The translations under genes were made by a program, and so were the position numbers. Shown here in pieces: positions 9,215 to 17,087 of a stretch of 36,328 nt of DNA (its first letter is position 1; each line of letters starts with the position of its first letter). The notes under the pieces are model-generated. The model saw only the letters and a program-made list of their open reading frames with translations. It was not told the DNA's origin and made no database searches. The DNA comes from Verrucomicrobiota bacterium (GTDB lineage: Bacteria; Verrucomicrobiota; Lentisphaeria; Lentisphaerales; Lentisphaeraceae). The stretch lies in contig JBDKFG010000052.1 in the NCBI GenBank assembly GCA_039798785.1, positions 1-36,328 of the forward strand, in the 5' to 3' direction.

Positions 9215-11086
9215 ATGAACGCGCTCACCTCCATCCTCGGAATCCTGCTGCTGGCCTCGGCCTGCAGCCAGACTCGCCCCGCCGCCCCCCCCTCTTGCCC
9301 CGCCGCCAAAAGCGAGATCGAAGTCTCCTTGCCTCTTGGAGATGCGGCCTCCGCCTTGCATCGGGCGATCCTCGCCGCCCCGCCGGGGAAGACCCTGCGC
9401 CTTCGCCTCGCCGCCGGTGTCTGGCGCTTCCATTCCCCCCTCGTCATCACTCCTGAAATCCTTGCCGGCCGCGGACTCGAAATACGCGGCAGCGGCACGG
9501 GAGCCACCCGCCTCTCCGGCTCCTTCTCCGCCAAGTCCGAGAAGACCGGGCCAGGCATCTGGACCCTGCCAGCTCCAGCCAACGGCGCCGCCCCTTGGTC
9601 GATCTTCCTGCAGGGTCGCCGCCTCGCACCCGCCCGCCATCCCGACGAAGGATGGTTCCGTCTCCAGTCCGCGGCGCCGGATCAGCGCAGCGGCTTCACT
9701 GTCAACAGTCCTCATCTGCCGCCTCCAGGCGAGCTCGAGGGCTTGGTCATCGACTTCCTCCATCTCGACGCCTCCAGCCTGGCGCCGGTAAGCTCGGTGG
9801 ACCGCGACCAATGCCAGATCCGTCTCACCGCCCCCTTGGGTGACCGCGCAGCCGAACGCCGCCTCTGCGCCGCCGAGCCGCACCCTCGCTTCGCCTGGAC
9901 AGGTGCCTGGGCCCTCGCCACCCGCTCCGGAGAATGGGCGAGGCGGCGCGACGGCCGTCTCTGGCTCCGTTCCGATGCATCTCCCGGACTTGTCGACATA
10001 CCCATCAGCCGCTCCCTCATCCAAGTCAAGGGTCGCCCGGAGAAGGCGGTCAGCGGCCTGGTCCTGGAAAATCTCGTCTTTGAAGAGACCGCCTGCCCCG
10101 AGATCCCCGACGGCATCCACCCGGGCCACTCCGCCTTTTTCGAGCCCCGCGGCGCCTCTGGGGCCTATCCGCTCCTCGGCAAGGGCGCCAGCCCGCGCCG
10201 CGGCGCCGCCCTCCCTGCCGCATTGCGCTTCGAGTACGGCCGCGACTGCCGTGTCGACAACTGCCTCTTCCGCAACCTCGGCGGCACCGGCGTCGAAATC
10301 GCCGAAGGCTGCCGTTCCCTGGTCCTGCGCCGCTGCCGCATCTCCGGCACGGGCGGCAACGGACTGAACATCGGCCTGCGCTCCGATCTCGCCGAACAGA
10401 AACTCCCCTTCAGCGAAGCTCAGCCCCTGCCGCAGGACTGCCGCATCGACAACTGCCTGGTCGAGAATTGCGGGCTCCTTCTGCACGGCGCCAGCGCCGT
10501 ATGGATCGGCCACGCCCGCCGATGCTCCCTCAGCCACTGCGAAATCCGCCTCTGCCCGTGGTCCGGCATCAGCATCGGCGGCAGCCCCAGCCCTCGCTTC
10601 ATGAATTCCGGCGGCCACCTCGTCAACGATTGCGAAATCCACCAGGTCATGCAGCTCCTCGGCGACGGCGGCGCCTGCACCACTCGCGGCAACCAGGAAC
10701 TCCGCGACGGCAGCCCCACCCTTTTCCTCCGCAACACCAGCCACAAGCTGCGCAGCCTCCATCCAGAAGCACCGGCACAGGCCTGGCTCTGCGACAGCGG
10801 CAGCCGCGGCATCTCGCTGCGGGACGGCGCCGCCTGGGATCTCGACGCGCCTCCGCTGCGCTTCCGCCACGCCGCAGAAGTCCGCGTCGACGGCATGATC
10901 CTGGAGAGCCGCAGGGACTTCCGCGGCGCCCGAATGGACGGCCTTTTTCTTGAACAGCGCTGCGAACCCGGCGCCGTCCGCATCGGCCTGCTCCCCTCTC
11001 CTCCTCCCTCCTGGCCCGCACAGTCCTCGGGACTGCCGGCGGAAACCGGACTGAGCTCAGCCGGACTCAGACAGAAGTTCGACTGA
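9215..11086 (+). CDS. Lipoprotein with right-handed parallel beta-helix repeats (GH141-like architecture)
   Basis: Lipobox LLLASA-C; ARHPDEG; beta-helix repeats (CRVDNCLFRNLGGTGVEI, CRISGTGGNGLNIG, CRIDNCLVENCG, SHCEIRLCPWSGISIG); HQVMQLLGDGGA. Confidence 0.8.
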   Translation: MNALTSILGILLLASACSQTRPAAPPSCPAAKSEIEVSLPLGDAASALHRAILAAPPGKTLRLRLAAGVWRFHSPLVITPEILAGRGLEIRGSGTGATRLSGSFSAKSEKTGPGIWTLPAPANGAAPWSIFLQGRRLAPARHPDEGWFRLQSAAPDQRSGFTVNSPHLPPPGELEGLVIDFLHLDASSLAPVSSVDRDQCQIRLTAPLGDRAAERRLCAAEPHPRFAWTGAWALATRSGEWARRRDGRLWLRSDASPGLVDIPISRSLIQVKGRPEKAVSGLVLENLVFEETACPEIPDGIHPGHSAFFEPRGASGAYPLLGKGASPRRGAALPAALRFEYGRDCRVDNCLFRNLGGTGVEIAEGCRSLVLRRCRISGTGGNGLNIGLRSDLAEQKLPFSEAQPLPQDCRIDNCLVENCGLLLHGASAVWIGHARRCSLSHCEIRLCPWSGISIGGSPSPRFMNSGGHLVNDCEIHQVMQLLGDGGACTTRGNQELRDGSPTLFLRNTSHKLRSLHPEAPAQAWLCDSGSRGISLRDGAAWDLDAPPLRFRHAAEVRVDGMILESRRDFRGARMDGLFLEQRCEPGAVRIGLLPSPPPSWPAQSSGLPAETGLSSAGLRQKFD

Positions 11087-11196
11087 CAGCCGCGAGATCA
11101 GCGGCTATTTGACTCGGACAGGAGAGCTTTCCCATTAGAGGTCATTCCAACGGATCATCGAATGAGCTAATATAAGCTATTGCTGTTGCAGCTAAT

Positions 11197-11220
11197 CCTT
11201 CCAACCTTCCAACCTTTCAA
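11197..11220. repeat. Short tandem repeat, 3 x 8 bp (CCTTCCAA)
   Basis: CCTTCCAA CCTTCCAA CCTTTCAA in an AT-rich convergent intergenic region. Confidence 0.7.
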
Positions 11221-11235
11221 CTGCGGTTTTTAGGT

Positions 11236-12315
11236 TCAATCATGCGGCCAACGACGAGGCAGAGCGAAGCTGAAGACGGTGCCGCCTCCGGGGCGCTGCG
11301 CGTGGACCAGTTCCGAACGGAGAAGGAAGCAGAGACGGCGGCAGATCGCCAAGCCCAGTCCGAATCCGCCGGAGCCGGAGCTCTCCTTGAAGGGGGAGTC
11401 GAGCTTGCCTCCGAGACCGGCCGGCAGCCCCAGTCCGTCGTCGCTGACGCTGATGCGGACTTCACCCTCGCCGACATCGAGCCGGATCTCGATCCTCTGG
11501 CAGCGGCTGTGCTTGAGGGCGTTGTCGGCCAGATTGGTCAAGACCTGGCGCAGTCGGTCGACGTCGGTCTCGACCGCACAGGGCTGCTGCGGAAGGATGA
11601 GCATCAGGTCGATCTTGCGCATCCGCAAGCTCAACTCGAGATGCCTCTTCAGCTCCCTCAAGAGACGAGAAAGGTCCGCTTCCGCAGGCCTGGCGACGAC
11701 GCTCTGGCTCCGGTCTTTCGACAGGATGAGGAAATCGTCTGCCAAGGTGTGCATGTTGCGGCTGGCCTCGCCGAGAAGGTCGAGGCAATTGCGGATTTCA
11801 TCGGGGTCCTCAAGTTCGCGCATCAGGGTGACAATGTTCGAAATCACCCCGAGGGGCGATCGCAGGTCATGGGTGACCGCGGCAAGAAGGACGTCTCGCT
11901 CCCTCTCGGCGTGGGCGAGTCGCTCTCTCTGCTCGCGCTGCACACGGCAGGCCTGCGAGACCCGGAAGAGTCGCAGCCGGGTGATCTCAGGATCAAGAGG
12001 CTTCTCGATGAAATCGCTGCCCCCTGATTTCATGAAGGACACCGCCAGGTTCACAGAGCTGCTCGCCGTCATCATCAGGATCGGCGGATGCTCGCCGCCC
12101 CGCGCCTTCACCTTTCCCAAAAAAGACATGCCGTCCATGCCCGGCATCATCTGGTCGACCAACACCGCGTCGTAGTCACCCTGCTCCAGAAGACGCAACC
12201 CGGCCTCGCCGTCGTAGGCGACATCAACCTTGGCCTCCCCCTTCATGCACCTTTGAATCAAGGTGCAGGTCACAGGATCATCATCGACGACGAGAAAATG
12301 CGGCATCTCAGACAT
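11236..12315 (-). CDS. Cytoplasmic hybrid response regulator / histidine kinase (REC-HisKA-HATPase)
   Basis: REC: LVVDDD, VLVDQMMPGMDG, KP; H-box THDLRSPL; NLADNALKH, DDGLG, GFGLGLAIC; GAGGAGG RBS. Confidence 0.93.
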   Translation of the reverse strand: MSEMPHFLVVDDDPVTCTLIQRCMKGEAKVDVAYDGEAGLRLLEQGDYDAVLVDQMMPGMDGMSFLGKVKARGGEHPPILMMTASSSVNLAVSFMKSGGSDFIEKPLDPEITRLRLFRVSQACRVQREQRERLAHAERERDVLLAAVTHDLRSPLGVISNIVTLMRELEDPDEIRNCLDLLGEASRNMHTLADDFLILSKDRSQSVVARPAEADLSRLLRELKRHLELSLRMRKIDLMLILPQQPCAVETDVDRLRQVLTNLADNALKHSRCQRIEIRLDVGEGEVRISVSDDGLGLPAGLGGKLDSPFKESSGSGGFGLGLAICRRLCFLLRSELVHAQRPGGGTVFSFALPRRWPHD

Positions 12316-12542
12316 GGTGGCCTCCTCGGCTTTCTAATGCAAGCATAACACCCACCAGATGTAACTGCAAGAAAAAACAACACTTGTCTGCACATCCTGG
12401 ATTGTTGCACGGGGCGGGGGTATCTTGGAGCCGGGGGCTCCCGGCTGACCCTCAAGCGCCGCTGACGCACGCGGCCGTGGTGCCGCCGCTTTTTGACTGC
12501 GCTTTCTTCGCCGCCCCCATGGCGCAAGCCCGGGCCGCATCG

Positions 12543-12548
12543 TATAAT
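12543..12548 (+). promoter_or_regulatory. Candidate sigma70 -10 box for clpS-clpA
   Basis: Perfect TATAAT ending 23 nt before the clpS ATG in GC-rich DNA; no convincing -35 at 17 bp. Confidence 0.5.
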
Positions 12549-12571
12549 GGATGTCAAGGGAGCCTAAGCTT

Positions 12572-12892
12572 ATGAGCCGTAAAACCCGCGAACAGACCGA
12601 AGGCGGCGTCGCCCTCGCCGAGAAGACCAAGACCAAGCGCCCCCCGCTTTACAAGGTCATTCTCCACAACGACGACTACACGCCAATGGAATTCGTCATC
12701 GCCATTCTCGAGACAGTTTTCCACAAAGACCATACCGAGGCGGTAAGCCTGATGTACACGGTTCACTTCAAAGGCAAGGCGGTGGTGGGGCTCTATCCCC
12801 GTGGCGTCGCCGAGTCGAAAGTGGCGAAAGTCCTGACCTTGGCCCGTGAAAAAGGCCACCCCCTCCTCTGCACCATGGAACCCGACGCCTGA
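12572..12892 (+). CDS. clpS: ATP-dependent Clp protease adaptor ClpS
   Basis: PPLYKVILHNDDYTPMEFVI...VHFKGKAVVGLY...VAESKV...HPLLCTMEP; directly upstream of clpA. Confidence 0.97.
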   Translation: MSRKTREQTEGGVALAEKTKTKRPPLYKVILHNDDYTPMEFVIAILETVFHKDHTEAVSLMYTVHFKGKAVVGLYPRGVAESKVAKVLTLAREKGHPLLCTMEPDA

Positions 12893-12906
12893 AGGATCCC
12901 CGCATC

Positions 12907-15174
12907 ATGTACAGCAAAGAATTTCAGATCGCCTTCATGCTCGCCTTCCGCACGGCGCAGCAATATCGCCATGAGTTCGTCCTTCTCGAGCACCTCCTCT
13001 TCGCTCTCATGCATGACCCCAAGACCAAACAGGTCCTGGAAGCCTGCGGAGCCGACCTCGAAGCCCTGAAAAAACGCCTCACCGCCTACTTCGCCACCGA
13101 AGTCGAAAAGATCCCCGGCGACAAGGAATTCGTTCCCGACGAGTCCCTCGCCGTCCAGCGCGTCCTGCAGCGCGCCGCCAATCACGTCCTTTCAGCCGAA
13201 GGGGTCACCATCGAGGGCGTCAACGTCCTCGTCGCCATCTTCAGCGAGGAGGAGTCCCACGCCGTCTACTTCCTCCAGGAAGAGGACATCTCCCGCTACG
13301 ACGTCGTCTCCTTCCTCTCCCACGGCCTGTCGAAGGCGGAGAGCGATGGCCCCGACGACGAGGATGACGAATCCGAAGGAGGAAGCGAGGAGGACGAAAA
13401 CGGCGAGCCGCGCAACGCCGCCAAGTCCGACCTCCTCTCCCGCTTCACCGTCGACCTCACCGAAAAGGCCCGGCAAGGCAAGGTCGACGCCATCATCGGC
13501 CGCCGCACCGAAATCCGCCGGATGATGCAGACCCTCTGCCGCCGCCGCAAAAACAACCCCATCCTCGTCGGCGAGCCCGGCGTCGGCAAGACCTCCCTGG
13601 TCGAAGGCCTCGCCGCCGCCATCGTCGCCGGCGAAGTCCCCGAAATGCTCAAAGGCGCCGAACTCTTCGTCCTCGACCTCGGCGCCGCCGTCGCCGGCAC
13701 CAAGTTCCGCGGCGACTTCGAAGAGCGCCTCAAGAACATCGTGCGTGCCCTCAAGGCCAGGCCGAAGTCGATCCTCTTCATCGACGAACTGCATACCATC
13801 ATCGGCGCCGGCGCCACTTCCGGCGGCACCATGGACGCCTCCAACCTGCTGAAGCCGGCACTCGCCTCGGGTGAACTGCGCTGCATCGGCTCGACCACCT
13901 ACCAGGAATACAAGAACCACATCCTCAAGGACCGGGCCCTAGCCCGCCGCTTCCAGAAAATCGACATCCGCGAACCGACAGTGGACGAAACCGTTTCGAT
14001 CCTCGAAGGAATCAAGGGCTATTACGAAGAGCACCACGGCGTCAGCTACCCCTTGTCCTCACTCCGAGCCGCCGCCGAGCTCTCGTCGCGCCACATCCAG
14101 GATCGCTTCCTCCCCGACAAGGCGATCGACGTCCTCGACGAAGCCGGCGCCGCCCGCGCCATCCTCCCCGCCTCGAAGCAGAAACGCAGCGTATCCCCCA
14201 AGGACATCGAGGCCGTGATCGCCGACATGGCGATGATTCCGGTCGCCTCGGTGTCCGCCTCCGACAAAGAACGCCTGCTCCGCCTCGACGAAGACCTGCG
14301 CACCGCCGTCTTCGGCCAGGACGAGGCGGTCGCCACCGTCTCCCGCGCCATCAAGACCGCCCGCGCCGGCCTCAAGGACGAGGACAAGCCGGTCGGCGCC
14401 TTCCTCTTCTGCGGACCCACCGGCGTCGGCAAGACCGAACTCGCCAAGCAACTCGCCAAGACACTGGGCGTCGGCTTCCTCCGCTTCGACATGAGCGAAT
14501 ACGCCGAGAAACACACCGTCTCCCGCCTCATCGGCTCCCCCCCCGGCTACGTCGGCTTCGAACAGGGCGGCCTCCTCACCGAAGCAGTCAACAAACAGCC
14601 CTGGTCCGTCGTCCTCCTCGACGAAATCGAAAAGGCCCACCCGGAGATCTTCAACATCCTCCTCCAGGTGATGGATTACGGCATGCTCACCGACAACAAC
14701 GGACGCAAGGCCAACTTCCGCAACGTCATCCTGATCATGACCTCTAACGTCGGCGCCCGCGAAATGAGCGCCAATACCATCAGCTTCGGCGGTGAACTCA
14801 ACTCCGGCGCTTCGGAAAAGGCGGTCGAGAAGTTCTTCACCCCGGAATTCCGCAACCGCCTCGACGCTGTCGTCCACTTCCGCGCCCTCGGACGTGAACT
14901 GATGGAGAAAGTGGTCGACAAATTCCTCGCCGACCTGATCGCCAAGCTGCAGAAGAAGAAAATCCTCTTCAAGCTCACCGCCGAGGCCCGCGCCCTCCTC
15001 GCCGAAAAAGGCTACGACCCGAAACTCGGCGCCCGCCCCCTTGCCCGAGTCATCAACCAGGAGGTCAAGATGAAAGTCACCGACGCACTCCTCAGCGACG
15101 ACCTCGAACACGGCGGCGCCGTCATCGTCAGCGTCGACAACGGCGCCATCAAGGTCAGCTTCGAAAAGGTGTGA
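12907..15174 (+). CDS. clpA: ATP-dependent Clp protease ATP-binding subunit ClpA
   Basis: N-domain RHEFVLLEHLL; two AAA modules (GEPGVGKT/LFIDE and GPTGVGKT/LLDEIEKAH); no middle coiled-coil; GARPL sensor 2; 755 aa. Confidence 0.96.
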   Translation: MYSKEFQIAFMLAFRTAQQYRHEFVLLEHLLFALMHDPKTKQVLEACGADLEALKKRLTAYFATEVEKIPGDKEFVPDESLAVQRVLQRAANHVLSAEGVTIEGVNVLVAIFSEEESHAVYFLQEEDISRYDVVSFLSHGLSKAESDGPDDEDDESEGGSEEDENGEPRNAAKSDLLSRFTVDLTEKARQGKVDAIIGRRTEIRRMMQTLCRRRKNNPILVGEPGVGKTSLVEGLAAAIVAGEVPEMLKGAELFVLDLGAAVAGTKFRGDFEERLKNIVRALKARPKSILFIDELHTIIGAGATSGGTMDASNLLKPALASGELRCIGSTTYQEYKNHILKDRALARRFQKIDIREPTVDETVSILEGIKGYYEEHHGVSYPLSSLRAAAELSSRHIQDRFLPDKAIDVLDEAGAARAILPASKQKRSVSPKDIEAVIADMAMIPVASVSASDKERLLRLDEDLRTAVFGQDEAVATVSRAIKTARAGLKDEDKPVGAFLFCGPTGVGKTELAKQLAKTLGVGFLRFDMSEYAEKHTVSRLIGSPPGYVGFEQGGLLTEAVNKQPWSVVLLDEIEKAHPEIFNILLQVMDYGMLTDNNGRKANFRNVILIMTSNVGAREMSANTISFGGELNSGASEKAVEKFFTPEFRNRLDAVVHFRALGRELMEKVVDKFLADLIAKLQKKKILFKLTAEARALLAEKGYDPKLGARPLARVINQEVKMKVTDALLSDDLEHGGAVIVSVDNGAIKVSFEKV

Positions 15175-15201
15175 AGATCACTGGAAACATGAGACTTCGC
15201 C

Positions 15202-15229
15202 ACAGCGGCGCGAAAGCGCCCCTGTCTTT
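15202..15229 (+). terminator. Putative intrinsic terminator hairpin after clpA
   Basis: ACAG-C-GGCGC-GAAA-GCGCC-C-CTGT stem with a GNRA loop, followed by CTTT; weak U-tract. Confidence 0.5.
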
Positions 15230-15253
15230 CGGTCGTTTCCAAGCGCTTCATAC

Positions 15254-15883
15254 ATGAGCCTGCCCTCTGCCATAGGCCAAGATGAACTGAGCTATCCCGC
15301 CACAAGAGTGATACTTCGGGATCGTCTCATGATCATGTGGCTGGATTACATGATTTTAATGACGGTCAGCCTGCCAGTGATTATTCTCCCCCTAGGCTTC
15401 TTTGCGAAGGGTTATTGTGATGATAATAGCAATATTCAGTTAAGCATGTTCTTTGTTTCAATCTGCACCTTCTTCATCCTCTTGATCCCCTGCGTCATTG
15501 GCACAGCAATCATCCTTCTTCTCAATCTCATCAACATTTTAAAAGACGGCCAAACTCTTGGTCAAAAAATCCTCAAAACCAGAACCGCAGATGAAGAGAA
15601 ACTCCTTCTTCCATCAATCGGAAAAAACCTTTTACGCTATATCGATTTCACGTCCTCAATCCTGATATTCTCGGCTTCCTACACAAGCTTCATTTATTTT
15701 TGCATGCCCATTTACCTGGCATTTCTTATTCCGCCGCTCTTCATCTTCCTCTTCATGCTCCTCGATTTCCTTGTGCTCGTCCTGCCCGGCCACCGCTCCC
15801 TGCGTGACCGGATCAGCAATACCACATTGGTGTATGTTTCCTTGAATCCAAAAACCGCTGATGAAAGGCCGCACCCCCAATAA
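15254..15883 (+). CDS. RDD family membrane protein
   Basis: RDRLMIMWLDY, GQTLGQKILK, LLRY, RSLRDRISNTTLV; several hydrophobic helices; visibly more AT-rich than its neighbours. Confidence 0.8.
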   Translation: MSLPSAIGQDELSYPATRVILRDRLMIMWLDYMILMTVSLPVIILPLGFFAKGYCDDNSNIQLSMFFVSICTFFILLIPCVIGTAIILLLNLINILKDGQTLGQKILKTRTADEEKLLLPSIGKNLLRYIDFTSSILIFSASYTSFIYFCMPIYLAFLIPPLFIFLFMLLDFLVLVLPGHRSLRDRISNTTLVYVSLNPKTADERPHPQ

Positions 15884-15979
15884 TCTTGGGGATTGAGACC
15901 TGCTGACCTCGACTGTCATGCCTCGTGCCTTTTTCGCAATTCGGCGCATCTTGGGCTCCCTGCCTTCACCAACCCTGCG

Positions 15980-16867
15980 ATGCCCCCCATGCCGCCCACC
16001 TGGATGCTCTCCGCCCTTTTCGGGATGTTCTTCTTCGCACTCGGCGCCAACGGCTTCGCCCGGATCGCCGCCCGCGTCGGCCCGATGTGGATCAACACCT
16101 TCAAATGCCTTCTCGGAGGAGGCTTCTTCTTCCTCGCCCTCGGTCTTTCAGGGCAAGGCCTGCTTATCGACGGCAAAGGACTCCTCCTGCTGCTTTCCGG
16201 CGCCCTCGGGCTGGGCCTCGCGGACCTCTTCATCCTCCAGGCCTTCCGTGAAATCGGCCCGGCCCGCACCTTCACCCTCCTCTGCGCCGCCCCCCTGGTC
16301 ATCGGCACCATGAGCTGGGCCTTCATCGGCGAAAGCCTGGATCCGAAAAAATTCTACGCCATCTTCTTCTTCATCGCCGCTGCCCTCGTCCTCAGCGGCG
16401 AAAAAACCAGCGACGGGGAAGCTCCCCGCAACTACCGGAAGGGACTGGCCTTGGTGGCGGTCTTCCTTCTCCTCGATGGCGCCGGCAATGTCATCTCCCG
16501 TCACGCCCTGACTTCCGAAGGCACCAGCTCCCTGCAGGTGCTGGTGATGCGTTTCGCCGGAGCCATGGTCTTCTTCCTGATCGCAAATGCGATCAAGCCG
16601 GTGAAGCTGCTTGAGGGCTGGCGATCCCTGACGCCGGACGAACGCCGCCTGGCCATCGTCGCCAGCCTCAGCTCCACCGTCGGCGGCCTCGGCTGCTACG
16701 TCTATGCCATGAGCCAGGTGGAGGTGGCCATGCTCAGCGGCTTCGCCCTGACACTGCCGCTTTTCGCCACCGCGATCGAATGCGGCCTGTCGCGCCGCTG
16801 GCCGGGACCTCGCCTCCTCTTCGCCGCAGCCCTCTCCCTCGGCGGCGGCTGGATTCTCTGCCGCTGA
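15980..16867 (+). CDS. DMT/EamA family transporter
   Basis: About 10 hydrophobic segments in two repeats; LLSGALGLGLADLFILQAFREIGPAR, FIGESL; start at 15980 or 15989. Confidence 0.88.
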   Translation: MPPMPPTWMLSALFGMFFFALGANGFARIAARVGPMWINTFKCLLGGGFFFLALGLSGQGLLIDGKGLLLLLSGALGLGLADLFILQAFREIGPARTFTLLCAAPLVIGTMSWAFIGESLDPKKFYAIFFFIAAALVLSGEKTSDGEAPRNYRKGLALVAVFLLLDGAGNVISRHALTSEGTSSLQVLVMRFAGAMVFFLIANAIKPVKLLEGWRSLTPDERRLAIVASLSSTVGGLGCYVYAMSQVEVAMLSGFALTLPLFATAIECGLSRRWPGPRLLFAAALSLGGGWILCR

Positions 16868-16883
16868 AACTCGCCGAAAGCGA

Positions 16884-16927
16884 ATTGGGATGCCATTGGA
16901 ACACCATTGGGATGCCATTGGGGCAGC
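16884..16927. repeat. Degenerate tandem repeat, about 4 x 11 bp (ATTGGGATGCC)
   Basis: ATTGGGATGCC ATTGGAACACC ATTGGGATGCC ATTGGGGCAGC; a related GATGCCATTGG recurs at 17032-17042. Confidence 0.75.
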
Positions 16928-17087
16928 ACGGGGACAGCTCGGTCCCGACTGACCCGCTGCAGGCCGCTTTTGAGAACTCGTTGGCACCTCCCGCATTACC
17001 CCAAAGGGGTTACATCTGCCAGCAGCCAGCAGATGCCATTGGCTTCCTGAAAATCCCCCGATGCGGGTCAGGAAGTCTGCACTTGGA

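Noticed and set aside
9128..10870. 580-aa minus-strand ORF and other long antisense ORFs (e.g. 3809-4861, 5548-6630, 14059-15111, 20276-21244, 32569-33603)
   Set aside because: Typical stop-poor antisense frames of GC-rich genes; the opposite strand carries recognisable proteins
12419..12429. GGTATCTTGGA, an 11-nt match to the MITE right end
   Set aside because: Too short, with no partner inverted repeat or target duplication; compatible with chance
15175..15979. Integron-like cassette boundaries around the AT-rich RDD gene
   Set aside because: No RYYYAAC...GTTRRRY attC structure recognised and no integrase in the window
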